Below are positions 10,281 to 19,247 of a stretch of DNA of 64,000 nucleotides, in pieces. Within the stretch, counting starts at the first letter, position 1, and the number at the start of each line of letters is the position of its first letter. The notes beneath the pieces were generated by a model. The model did not search any database. It was not told where the DNA came from and saw only the letters and a program-made list of their open reading frames with translations. A program made the translations under genes and the position numbers. The stretch is from Burkholderiales bacterium (GTDB taxonomy: Bacteria > Pseudomonadota > Gammaproteobacteria > Burkholderiales > SG8-41), in contig DASRJL010000147.1 of the NCBI GenBank assembly GCA_035649495.1, forward strand, positions 8,479-72,478, given 5' to 3'.

Positions 10281-11267
10281 GTGGCGCAACGTTCGGTCAG
10301 GCCGATCATCGCGCGCGCCATCGTCGCGGCCGTCACCGGCATGTGCAGCACGCCCGTCGTTGCCGCGGCGCAGGATTACCCCACCAGGCCGGTGCGCGTG
10401 CTGGTGGCCTTCGCGGCCGGAGGTTTCGCCGATTCCACTGCGCGCCTGATCGGGCAGCGGCTTGCCGAGCAACTGGGGCAGCCTTTCGTGATCGACAACC
10501 GCAGCGGGGCAGGCGGCAACATCGCGGCCAAGACTACGGCCGAAGCTGCTCCCGACGGCTACACGCTGCTCGTGCATACCGCTGCGAGCGGCATCAATGC
10601 GACACTCGCCGTGAACCCCGGGTTCGACCTGCTGAAGGATCTCACGCCCGTGGCGAACACGGTATCGGCGGCGGGTCTCTGGATAGTGCTGCCTGCGCAT
10701 CCCGCCGCCAACCTTCAGGATCTCATCCGCATGTCGAAGGGCAAGCGGCTGAATTACGCCACAGCCGGAGTCGGCACGTCTTCGCATATCGCCGGGGACT
10801 ACCTGTTGCGGGTGCTGGCCGGGCTCGACGCGGTTCACATCGCATTCAAAGGCGGAGCCCCGGCGCTGGCCGCGCTGCTCGGCAACCAGGTGGAGCTCCT
10901 TTCAGCGTCGGGGTCTGCCGCGATTCCGTTGATCAAGCAGGGAAGGCTCAAGGCGCTAGGCGTGTCAAGCCTGAAGCGCACGGCGACGTTGCCGGACGTG
11001 CCGACGGTGTCCGAGGCCGGGTTCCCGGGATTCGAGGAGCGCTCGTGGGTGGGATACTTCGCGCCGGCCAGAACGTCCGCCGCCGTCGTCGCCCTGCTCA
11101 ACCGGGAGATCAACCAGGCACTCGCGCACTCCGACGTAAAATCCAGATTCATCGCGCAAGGGATGGAATTGCACCCGGGCTCAGCAGCGGATTTTGCCCG
11201 CTACGTTCGCGCGGAAGTAGCGCTGTGGGCGAAAATCATCAAGACGACGGGGGTGAAAGCGGAATGA
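10281..11267 (+). CDS. Bug/TctC-family periplasmic solute-binding protein
   Basis: GTG start. YPTRPVRVLVAFAAGGFAD, VIDNRSGAGG and PDGYTLLV. Confidence 0.9.
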   Translation: MAQRSVRPIIARAIVAAVTGMCSTPVVAAAQDYPTRPVRVLVAFAAGGFADSTARLIGQRLAEQLGQPFVIDNRSGAGGNIAAKTTAEAAPDGYTLLVHTAASGINATLAVNPGFDLLKDLTPVANTVSAAGLWIVLPAHPAANLQDLIRMSKGKRLNYATAGVGTSSHIAGDYLLRVLAGLDAVHIAFKGGAPALAALLGNQVELLSASGSAAIPLIKQGRLKALGVSSLKRTATLPDVPTVSEAGFPGFEERSWVGYFAPARTSAAVVALLNREINQALAHSDVKSRFIAQGMELHPGSAADFARYVRAEVALWAKIIKTTGVKAE

Positions 11268-11282
11268 AGGTATTTAGACGTC

Positions 11283-11589
11283 CTCTCGAAAACACCATAT
11301 TCCTGTGGACGTAGAGGGTTGACTACACCAATGGTATGCCGACGCTTGCGGGAACTACACGGGTCGTATGATTCATCACAGGTCCTGATTCAACGCATCA
11401 AGTGTGGTGAATCCCGGATTCCAGGCCCTACGCGTTCTCGGGCGCTTGCTGGCGATCGCTCGTACCGTCACCATCCGAGGACCTGAAATTGATGGCACAG
11501 ATTTCGTGCGACACCGAAGATGGAAAGTCGTCCCAGACTCGCGGATGTCCCAGGCAGTCATTTATTAGATAGCTTCCAGAACTTAATCC
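11283..11589 (+). repeat. conserved non-coding element, copy A (paralogous to 36920-37240)
   Basis: Aligns co-linearly with 36920-37240 through long identical blocks: CAATGGTATGCCGACGCTTGCGGGAAC, GTCCTGATTCAACGCATCAAGTG and GACACCGAAGATGGAAAGTCGTCCC. No reading frame is conserved between the copies. Confidence 0.9.
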
Positions 11590-11635
11590 GCAGGTACATA
11601 CACCGCTTCTAACGATTCTTACTTGAGATAAGCCC

Positions 11636-12622
11636 ATGGCGAAACTAGTTGGCGTGTTCCAGGCGGCGCATACCCCGTTCTGCTATCGCAGGCCGGAAGA
11701 CTGGAACCAGGCGCGCAGCGGACGCGCGCTGCGGGCGGACGTGCCGCTCGACGACCTGGAGTCGAATCGCCGCAAGCACGCGCGCGTCCAGGACGGCTTC
11801 GCGGTGCTGCGGCGGAAGCTGGCGGAAGCGGGACCCGATGTGATCGTGGTCTTCGGCGACGACCAGCTGGAGTGCTTCGATTTCAGCAACTATCCTGCTT
11901 TTTCCATCTACGTGGGCGAGGAGTTCGAAGGCACGCTCGCGAGCGAGGACACGCCCATCGGCGGGCTCCCGTCCCAACCGGCGAAGAAGGCGCGGCTCAA
12001 GGGGCACCGGGAACTGGGCGTCGCGCTGCTGACCGGTCTCATGAAGCGGGGAATAGACCCGGCGTTCTGCATGGACATGCCCAAGCCGGAAGAAGGCATC
12101 GGCCACGCCGTCATGCGGCCGGCGCAATCGCTGACGGATCTCAAGACGCCGATCGTGCCGGTCCTGATCAATTGCTACTACGCGCCCCAGCCCACCGCCG
12201 CGCGCTGCTACCAGGTCGGCAGGGCGGTGCGCGAAATCATCGAGGAGCTCCCGGGGAGCCTGCGGATCGCCGTCGTCGGCTCCGGCGGCTTGTGGCATAC
12301 GCCGCGGAAGAAGGGCGCCTGGTTGAACGAGGCCTTCGACGAGGCGCTGCTCGCGCACATGGCGCGGGGCGACATCAAGGCGATGGCCGCCTGCTTCGAT
12401 GAGTACCAGGTTCCGGCGGGCGATGCCAGCCAGGAGATCGGGACTCGCGGAAAGGAAGTCACGGGCATGCCGGGGTTCGGCGGCCCCCAGGGCGGCACGC
12501 GCGAGACGTGCAACTGGATTGCGGCCGCCGGCGTCGTCGAGGGAACCACCGCGACCATCGTGGACCGCGTGCCGATCTACGCTTCACCCATCGACGCGGC
12601 GTTCGCGTACTTCAACCTCTGA
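11636..12622 (+). CDS. class III extradiol ring-cleavage dioxygenase (LigB family)
   Basis: 328 aa. The N-terminus MAKLVGVFQAAHTPF, followed by VIVVFGDDQLECFD...PAFSIYVG, GHAVMRP and VVGSGGLWH, is typical of the LigB / protocatechuate 4,5-dioxygenase beta-subunit fold. Confidence 0.8.
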   Translation: MAKLVGVFQAAHTPFCYRRPEDWNQARSGRALRADVPLDDLESNRRKHARVQDGFAVLRRKLAEAGPDVIVVFGDDQLECFDFSNYPAFSIYVGEEFEGTLASEDTPIGGLPSQPAKKARLKGHRELGVALLTGLMKRGIDPAFCMDMPKPEEGIGHAVMRPAQSLTDLKTPIVPVLINCYYAPQPTAARCYQVGRAVREIIEELPGSLRIAVVGSGGLWHTPRKKGAWLNEAFDEALLAHMARGDIKAMAACFDEYQVPAGDASQEIGTRGKEVTGMPGFGGPQGGTRETCNWIAAAGVVEGTTATIVDRVPIYASPIDAAFAYFNL

Positions 12623-12633
12623 CGAGCCCCGCG

Positions 12634-12688
12634 CTACGAGCCACGAGCTACGGACGACGAAGCAGCAGTCACGATTCACGGGTCACGC
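12634..12688. repeat. tandem heptamer array (8 units)
   Basis: CTACGAG CCACGAG CTACGGA CGACGAA GCAGCA GTCACGA TTCACGG GTCACGC, directly after the LigB stop codon. Confidence 0.85.
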
Positions 12689-12748
12689 CATTGGTCTATC
12701 ATCTACTTGCCGCCTCGTGACTGAGGCACAACCAAAGGGGGAGTTCAT

Positions 12749-13261
12749 ATGAAAACGCTTTTCAGGACTGCGCTTGCCGTGTCGCTTGTCGCTGGTGCCG
12801 CGGGTGTCCAGGCGCAAGGGGTGATCAACAGCCAGCGGCTGTCGGCCGCGCTCGCGAACGAGCTGGTGGGCGAAACGGTCGCCATCTGCGCGAAGCAGGG
12901 CTACAAGGTATGGGCCGTCGTCGTCAATCTCGACGGCGTGCGCCAGGCCCTGCTGCGCGGCGACGGGGCGCCGATCCACTCGCAGGACAACGCGTACTAC
13001 AAGGCGTACTCGGCTGCTTCGCTGACCCTTGGCCGGAACGAGGGCAGCACGAAGGAGATCGCCGACCGGATGGCCAAGAACGCGCCGTCGTCGGTGCCGA
13101 CGACGCCGCTACCGAACGTAACCTATGCGGTCGGCGGGGTGGCGATCAGGGCCGGCGGCAACATCATCGGCGCGATCGGCGTGAGCGGCGCCCCGGGCGG
13201 CCAGTTCGACGAAGCATGCGCCCGCGAGGCCATGGCCAAGATCGAGAGCCGGATGAAGTAA
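12749..13261 (+). CDS. GlcG/HbpS-family haem-binding protein (DUF336)
   Basis: GGGGGAG RBS, a signal peptide and IGAIGVSGAPGGQFDEACAREA. Confidence 0.8.
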   Translation: MKTLFRTALAVSLVAGAAGVQAQGVINSQRLSAALANELVGETVAICAKQGYKVWAVVVNLDGVRQALLRGDGAPIHSQDNAYYKAYSAASLTLGRNEGSTKEIADRMAKNAPSSVPTTPLPNVTYAVGGVAIRAGGNIIGAIGVSGAPGGQFDEACAREAMAKIESRMK

Positions 13262-13363
13262 ACGCGTCTTCCTGCGATTGCGGCTCCCGCTCCGCCGTGA
13301 GCAACGCGGCAGTGGGAGCCTTGTTTTTCCGGTCACGAGTCACCTCCCTGAAAGGATGCCCTC

Positions 13364-13666
13364 ATGCTCTTTGCCATATCCCGCGTAGCCGCGCCGGGGT
13401 TCGCCGAAAATCGTGAAAAAAACCTGCAGCCTCACGTCGACTACCTGCGCAGCCAGAAAAACATCCTGGTCATATCGGGCGCAACGACGAGCGACGACGG
13501 CAAGCAGTACGTCGGCAGCCTGCTGATCGTCAATGTGAAGACGCGAGCCGAAGCCCAGGCTTTCGTGGATGGCGATCCGTTTACCAGGGCCGGCATGTTC
13601 ACGGGCGTCACGATCACGCGCATGAACAAGGGGCAGTTCAATCCGGGGGCAGCGGAGGGGGCGTAG
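13364..13666 (+). CDS. YciI-family protein
   Basis: 100 aa. MLFAI...HVDYL...GSLLIVNVKTRAEAQAFVDGDPF...GVTITRM is the YciI-like pattern. Confidence 0.75.
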   Translation: MLFAISRVAAPGFAENREKNLQPHVDYLRSQKNILVISGATTSDDGKQYVGSLLIVNVKTRAEAQAFVDGDPFTRAGMFTGVTITRMNKGQFNPGAAEGA

Positions 13667-13776
13667 TCGAAGGCGGAAGGCGGAGGATGAGGGGCGCCTG
13701 TCAGCGAATTCATCGGTCGTGCGTTGATTCCCGATGGTGAGGCGCGCTTCAGCGCGTATCGAAACGGGAGAACGTC

Positions 13777-14304
13777 ATGAAATATCAACTGATTTTCGCT
13801 TTGTTCGCGTTCATGCTCTCAGTCCATATTGACGCTGGGGCCAATCAGGTCGCCGAAAATCCGGCGATCGACATGGAGGGCTACCTCGCCGTCTCGATGG
13901 CGGCGGCGAAGCACAGGCAAACCCGCCGGCTGTCGGAAGCGGAGTTCATCCGCATGAGCCGGGAGCCTGGGACCATCGTGCTCGATGCGCGGAGCCGGCA
14001 GAAATTCGACGAGCTGCACATCAAGGGAGCGCTCAACCTGAGCTTTCCCGACATCGCCGTCGCCAGCCTCGCGCGCGCGATACCGGACAGGAGCACGCGT
14101 GTCCTCATCTATTGCAACAACAACTTCCGCGATGCGGAAGGACCGTTTCCGAGCAAGCTCCCGAGCGCATCGTTGAATCTCTCGACCTATATCGCCCTCT
14201 ACAACTACGGCTACCGGAACGTCTACGAGCTCGCGCCGCTCCTCGATATCGAGACTTCTGCGCTGGAATTTGCGACTTCCCGGCAGCCCGTGAAAGCGCA
14301 TTGA
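13777..14304 (+). CDS. secreted rhodanese-domain protein
   Basis: GGGAGA RBS and a signal peptide. Rhodanese pattern IVLDARSRQKFDELHIKGALN with active-site loop VLIYCNNNFRD. Visibly more AT-rich than the neighbouring genes. Confidence 0.75.
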   Translation: MKYQLIFALFAFMLSVHIDAGANQVAENPAIDMEGYLAVSMAAAKHRQTRRLSEAEFIRMSREPGTIVLDARSRQKFDELHIKGALNLSFPDIAVASLARAIPDRSTRVLIYCNNNFRDAEGPFPSKLPSASLNLSTYIALYNYGYRNVYELAPLLDIETSALEFATSRQPVKAH

Positions 14305-14311
14305 TCGTCCG

Positions 14312-15019
14312 ATGCCATCCTCGATTCCCGGCTTGCAGCAGGTTTCGATACTCACGTTCGATATTTTCGGAACGGTGCTCGACCTGACGGGCAGCATCAC
14401 GCCGCCCTCCCGGCGCTTCCTGGAGCGGAAGGGCGCCGCCGTGAGCGCGGAAGTGTTCTGGGACCAGTGGCGGGCGCGGCAGCGCATCGAGCAGTACCAG
14501 GACAGCCTGATGCAGCTGGGGCACGCGGGCTACCTGGAGACGTGCCGCCGCGCTCTCGTCTACTGCCTGCGGCTGAACGCCATCGCGTTTACCGACGCGG
14601 AAGTGCGGGACTTGATGCAGTCGTGGCAGAGCTTGACGCCGCACGCCGACGTGGCGGAAGGCCTCCGCCGCCTGAGGCCGCGCTTCAAGTTGGTCGCCCT
14701 GTCGAACGGCGAGCAGCCGTACCTGGAGCACCTGGAGCGCGAGCGCATGCGCTTCGGCTTCGAAGCGATCATCTCGGTGCAGCGGGCGGGCGTTTTCAAG
14801 CCGCACCCGGCCGTATACCGGACCGGCGCGATGATGCTCGGCGTGGAGCCGCAGCAGATCATGATGGTCGCCGCGCACTCCTTCGACATCATGGGAGCGC
14901 GGGCTTGCGGTTTTCGCGGCGCGTACGTGAACCGCTACCGCCTGCCGTACGAAGAGTCGCCGTATCGTCCGGATGTCGAAACACGCGATTTCATCGAGCT
15001 GGCGGATGTTCTGACTTGA
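14312..15019 (+). CDS. haloacid dehalogenase type II (HAD superfamily)
   Basis: Motif I is FDIFGTVLD. KLVALSNG and KPHPAVY are typical of L-2-haloacid dehalogenases. Confidence 0.8.
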   Translation: MPSSIPGLQQVSILTFDIFGTVLDLTGSITPPSRRFLERKGAAVSAEVFWDQWRARQRIEQYQDSLMQLGHAGYLETCRRALVYCLRLNAIAFTDAEVRDLMQSWQSLTPHADVAEGLRRLRPRFKLVALSNGEQPYLEHLERERMRFGFEAIISVQRAGVFKPHPAVYRTGAMMLGVEPQQIMMVAAHSFDIMGARACGFRGAYVNRYRLPYEESPYRPDVETRDFIELADVLT

Positions 15020-15056
15020 AAGATCGAGCCGCCCGGCATTTCCGGCTCAATCCGCC

Positions 15057-18000
15057 CTAGGAAACCGGGGCGACGAGCTCCGCTTCGATGACCCTGAACA
15101 TATCTTCGAGCCTCTCGGCATCCTTCACGGCACCGCATTCCTTGAACAGCGCCCGCGCCCGGTCTATGTGCTCCTGGCGCGCCGGCGTGCCGGGCTCGTC
15201 GAGGCGGGCGATCTCGCGGTGGGCTATGGCGAGTGCGTAGGGCATGTCGAGACGCGTCGCCCAGTCGAGGCTCTTGACGAAGTAGCGCCGCGCCCGCCGC
15301 GTGCGGCCATCGATGCGCGCGTAGGCGCCGTGCCAGATGTACGACATCGGGCGCGCGGTGGGGTACATGAAGGCAAACATCCTGAATGTCGCTAACGTCG
15401 TCTTCAGCATCCCGCGCTCGGCCTCGGCTCCCTCGGCGCGCCGCATGGCGAACAGGGTGGTCAGCGTTTCGCCGAGTCCATGATAGCCGGCCAGGAGATA
15501 GTAGGAGCAGGTAATCGACTGCTCGATGAAGCGCACCACGCGTTCGGCGGCGAGCCGCGCCTCGCGCACGTCCCCGGCGCGCACGTGCGCCTGCGCCATC
15601 GTCCCGAACGCGAGTATCGCATCGGCGCGCGCGATGGCGTTTGGCCGGTCGCCGTGCTCGGCGAGGAGAGCTTCGAGCAGTCCCCTGGCCTCGGTGTCGC
15701 CGCCCATCGCGAGCGACAGCGCCATGCGTCCCGCGAGCCCCCACAGCTGCACCTGCACGATGCCGCGCCGGCGCCCGACCGCGTAGATTTCCTCGTAACG
15801 CTTCCGCGCCTCGACGAGACGGCCGTGGCGATGACAGCTCACCGCGGCGAGAAACGCGGCCTCGTCCCAGCGTCTGCGGTCGCCGATCGACTCCGCGCGC
15901 GCGATCGATTCGACCATTGCCGCCTCGGCTTCGCGCCAGTGGCCGGCGCCGGCGTGGTACAGGCCGACCAGTTCGTAGATGTACGCCAGCGAAGGCAGGT
16001 GGCCGACCGCCTTGCCCGTTGCGATCGCGAGCCGCTCGTACATGTCGGAGAGCGGGAACAGCAGCATGATCGCCGTCGTTACTATGACGTTCCCGTAGCT
16101 GCGCGCGAGCTCGGGCGAAGCCCCGGCCTCCTCGGCGAGGTTGAGCGCCGTCACGGCGCCGCTCATCGACTGGACCAGGGCATTCTCCATGTAGTAGATC
16201 TGGCACAGCCGCTCGTTCGCCCGCGATGCGTCGAGCAGGAGGCGACTGTGCGGCCCCGGCTCCTTCACGAACCGGCCCGGAAAAAGTCGATGCAGGGTCT
16301 GCACGACCACGGCCTTCATAAGGCGCGTGAAGTGCTGCCACAACGGCCCGGGGGGCGGACGCCCCATGAGCGTCAACGCGCGGTTCAGGTGCTCGCGGCT
16401 CTCGTCCTGCCTGCCGAGCGCGTAGTACGCCTCGCCGAGCTGCTCGTTCCATAGGGCGCGCCGGACCGGGTCGCTCAGGCCGGGGGTTTTCTCGTCGAGC
16501 GCCATCGCCTGGTTGAAGAAGCTGATCGCCTCGTCGTTCGCGTAGCTCGCCACCGCGCGCATGCCGGCCTGCTCGAGGTAACCGATCGCCTTCGCGCTGT
16601 CTTCCGCCTTGGTGTAATGGTGCGCGAGGGTCGGGTACCAGGGCGCGAGATCGGCGGCGTACTCGCTCTCGTACCACACGGCGATCGCGCGGTGCAGCTC
16701 GCGCCGCTGCGCGAACAGCATGAGGTTGTAGGCGACCTGCTGCGTGATGATGTGCTTGAAGATGTAAAGCCGCTCGGGTGCGACGGTCTCGACCTGGGCG
16801 AGATCGACGATCTTGAGGACGTCCAGATGCTCGCCTATGTTCGGCCGCTCGGCCTCGACTGGGTGGACGGAGAGCAGCAGCCGCTCGAGAAAGGTGCGCC
16901 CGACCACGCTCGCGACCTTGAGCGAGAGCTGCTGCTCCGGCGTGAGGCGGTCGATGCGCTCGGAGACGACGCCCTCGACGGTGTCGGGCATCGAGAGCGC
17001 CTGCACGTCGATGCCCGGCGCGATACGGCACTGGCCCTTGTCGATGATGATGTGCCCCGCGTCGCGCAAGGCGTAGGCCATCTCTTCGGTGAAGAAGGGA
17101 TTGCCTCCCGCCTTCTCGCCGATCATGCGGGCGACCGGCTCCGGCAGCGTCTCGATGCCGAGCCGCCGGCAGGCGAGCGCGATCGCTTCCTCGGGCGCGA
17201 GGAGATCGAGCGTTATCTTGACCGCGCCCGGGGTCATGATGATGTAGCCGTACTCGATGGGGACAGGCGGCGGGATGGGCCGCGTCGCGATCACCAGCAG
17301 CAGCGACCTCACGTCGCGCGCGACCAGGCGCGTGAAGGCCCACGAAGCGGAATCCTTCCAGTGCGCGTCCTCGATAATTATGAGTAATGGCGACGCCGTA
17401 TGCCGGAGGATGCCGAGCAGGAGGTCGTGCGTGTTGTCGGCGCGCAATTCGCCTTTCATCTGCGCCGTGATCTCGTTCTCGGGCAGGTCGAGCGGGAAAA
17501 CCACGTTCAGGAGCGGCGCCAGCCTGGAGAGCTCGGGAGCCGGAGCGAGGAGCGACAGCACGTGGTCGCGGCGCGCCTGCGGCTCGGTCACCTGGTCGAG
17601 ACCGAGCAGCGTGCTGAATACGCCGCGCCAGGCATGGTAGGGCGTAGAGCGCTCGATCGAGTCCGCCGCCCCGACTGCCGCGCGCACTCCGGCTGCCCTG
17701 GCGTAGTTCTCGATCTCCTCCAGCAGCCGCGACTTGCCGATCCCGGCCTCACCCTCGATCATCACGATCGCGCCCGCACCGCCTGCCGACAGCACCTGGA
17801 GCTGCGCGGTGAGCGTCGCCAACTCGGCATGGCGACCGACGATGGCATGCTCCGAGCGCCGCCGTGTCACTGTCGCCAGCGCTTGCTCGAGCGGCCGGTA
17901 GACCTGTATCGGTTCCGCCTTGCCCTTGACCCGGATGGGCTCGAGCTTCTCGAAGGCAAACGCTTCAGGCGCGGCGTCGTAGGTAGGCGCATCGCACAGG

Positions 18001-19214
18001 ATCGAATCGGGGGCGGCCTGCATGAGGCGGGCGGCCAGGTTCACCATGTCGCCCATGATCGTGTACTCGCGGCGGCGGGGGCTGCCGACGGAGCCGCAGT
18101 ACGCGCGCCCGGTAGTGACGCCGATCGCGGTTTTCAGGCCGAGCTTCTTCAGGCAGGCGCGGAGCGCGAGCGCCGCCTGCAGGCCGCGCGTCGGGTCGTC
18201 TTCGTGTGCGAGCGGCGGCAGCCCCATCACGCCGATGAACGTCACGCCCTTGTCGTCCACGGAGAGTTTGTTGACGCTGCCCTCGTATTGATAGATCGTG
18301 GTCTGCAGGTCGTGCATCATGCGCTGCGCCTCTTCGAGAGGCGTTGCATGCGTGACGCCCGGGAGGTTCACGAAGAGGACGGTGATGCGCCTCAGCTCGG
18401 CGAACCACCCCGTGTTCCCGGCGCCGAGCCGCGCGCGTATCGCCGCCGGTATGTACGGCAGGAGCTGCTGCGCGGCGGGCGGCGTGAGCGGTGGGACCGA
18501 GAGCGCCACGGGGGGGATCCCGGTCGAAAGCGAGGTCAGGAAGGCGGTCCCATCGTGCGTGCGCTCGCCGGAGCCGGTCTCGCCGATGAGCGCCAGCGCT
18601 TCACGCGAAATGACGACGTCGCCCGGTTTCGCATGATGGCCCGCACGGCCCGCCTGCAGGAACGGCTGGCCCGCGATCAGCAGCTCCCAGCGGCCGAACA
18701 CGCCGCCGACGTGCATGCAGATGGCCGATCCCGCGCCGAGGGCGACCTTGAGCTCGAGCTGGGCGCTCGCGCGGCGGGCGAAATCGCGCAATGCCGACTG
18801 GACCTCGAGCGCGCACTGCGTCGCGCGCCGCGTCGCCACCGCAAGCGTCTCGTCCGCCGTGGCCGGCCACAGGGCGAGCATGGCGTCGCCGGCGAACTTC
18901 ACGATGTCGCCGCCGTGGGCGATGATCACCTCGGCCAGGCAGCCGAAGTAATCGCTGATGACCTTCGACAGCTCCTCCATGCCGACGGCGCCGCGCCCGG
19001 CGAGCTTCTCCGTCAGCGCCGTGAATCCGGAAATATCGGCGAACAGGACGGCCGTCTCGATGTTCTCCGTGATCGGCTCGGTGATCGATCCCGTGCTCGT
19101 CGCCACGCGGCGTATGATGAGCGCGGGCACGAAGCTCGTGCCATGTTCTACAACGGGAGAATCAGCGGGGGTATTCATGTCAGCGCGTGATTGTGCACCG
19201 GCCGTGGCGCTCAT
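15057..19214 (-). CDS. signalling protein: two tandem class III adenylate/guanylate cyclase domains + AAA (P-loop) ATPase + TPR-like repeats
   Basis: Internal start of ORF 15057..19892 (ATG 19214, alternative 19178). CHD1 is AVLFADISGFT...KFAGDAMLALW. CHD2 is TVLFVNLPGVT...GVTTGRAYCGSVG...IMGDMVNLAARL. Walker A is IEGEAGIGKSRL. A long helical repeat region forms the C-terminus. Confidence 0.85.
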   Translation of the reverse strand: MSATAGAQSRADMNTPADSPVVEHGTSFVPALIIRRVATSTGSITEPITENIETAVLFADISGFTALTEKLAGRGAVGMEELSKVISDYFGCLAEVIIAHGGDIVKFAGDAMLALWPATADETLAVATRRATQCALEVQSALRDFARRASAQLELKVALGAGSAICMHVGGVFGRWELLIAGQPFLQAGRAGHHAKPGDVVISREALALIGETGSGERTHDGTAFLTSLSTGIPPVALSVPPLTPPAAQQLLPYIPAAIRARLGAGNTGWFAELRRITVLFVNLPGVTHATPLEEAQRMMHDLQTTIYQYEGSVNKLSVDDKGVTFIGVMGLPPLAHEDDPTRGLQAALALRACLKKLGLKTAIGVTTGRAYCGSVGSPRRREYTIMGDMVNLAARLMQAAPDSILCDAPTYDAAPEAFAFEKLEPIRVKGKAEPIQVYRPLEQALATVTRRRSEHAIVGRHAELATLTAQLQVLSAGGAGAIVMIEGEAGIGKSRLLEEIENYARAAGVRAAVGAADSIERSTPYHAWRGVFSTLLGLDQVTEPQARRDHVLSLLAPAPELSRLAPLLNVVFPLDLPENEITAQMKGELRADNTHDLLLGILRHTASPLLIIIEDAHWKDSASWAFTRLVARDVRSLLLVIATRPIPPPVPIEYGYIIMTPGAVKITLDLLAPEEAIALACRRLGIETLPEPVARMIGEKAGGNPFFTEEMAYALRDAGHIIIDKGQCRIAPGIDVQALSMPDTVEGVVSERIDRLTPEQQLSLKVASVVGRTFLERLLLSVHPVEAERPNIGEHLDVLKIVDLAQVETVAPERLYIFKHIITQQVAYNLMLFAQRRELHRAIAVWYESEYAADLAPWYPTLAHHYTKAEDSAKAIGYLEQAGMRAVASYANDEAISFFNQAMALDEKTPGLSDPVRRALWNEQLGEAYYALGRQDESREHLNRALTLMGRPPPGPLWQHFTRLMKAVVVQTLHRLFPGRFVKEPGPHSRLLLDASRANERLCQIYYMENALVQSMSGAVTALNLAEEAGASPELARSYGNVIVTTAIMLLFPLSDMYERLAIATGKAVGHLPSLAYIYELVGLYHAGAGHWREAEAAMVESIARAESIGDRRRWDEAAFLAAVSCHRHGRLVEARKRYEEIYAVGRRRGIVQVQLWGLAGRMALSLAMGGDTEARGLLEALLAEHGDRPNAIARADAILAFGTMAQAHVRAGDVREARLAAERVVRFIEQSITCSYYLLAGYHGLGETLTTLFAMRRAEGAEAERGMLKTTLATFRMFAFMYPTARPMSYIWHGAYARIDGRTRRARRYFVKSLDWATRLDMPYALAIAHREIARLDEPGTPARQEHIDRARALFKECGAVKDAERLEDMFRVIEAELVAPVS

Positions 19215-19247
19215 GGTAGCGCGATCGCGCCCGTGGAGGATGTCACG

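Noticed and set aside
11345-11415. Cobalamin-riboswitch-like fragments (GCGGGAAC, GGTGAATCC) and an RNase-P-like GGAAAGTC string in the conserved element.
   Set aside because: The spacing between fragments is wrong and no B12 box or GCCACTG is present. Copy B has GTGTGAATTAC instead of GGTGAATCC. The similarity is limited to short GC-rich strings.
11493-11509. Sigma54-like TGGCAC box conserved in both copies of the element (also at 37140-37145).
   Set aside because: At the position 5 nt downstream of TGGCAC, the sequence is TCGT rather than TTGC. The GG-N10-GC spacing required for -24/-12 promoters is not met (GC falls at N12). I keep it only as a conserved block.
14935-17343. 802-aa ORF, plus several other long ORFs overlapping the cyclase gene (for example 17400-19190 on the plus strand).
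   Set aside because: The products are dominated by Arg/Ala/Gly/Pro runs, which is typical of off-frame translation of GC-rich DNA. They lie entirely within a CDS that has clear cyclase, P-loop and TPR motifs.
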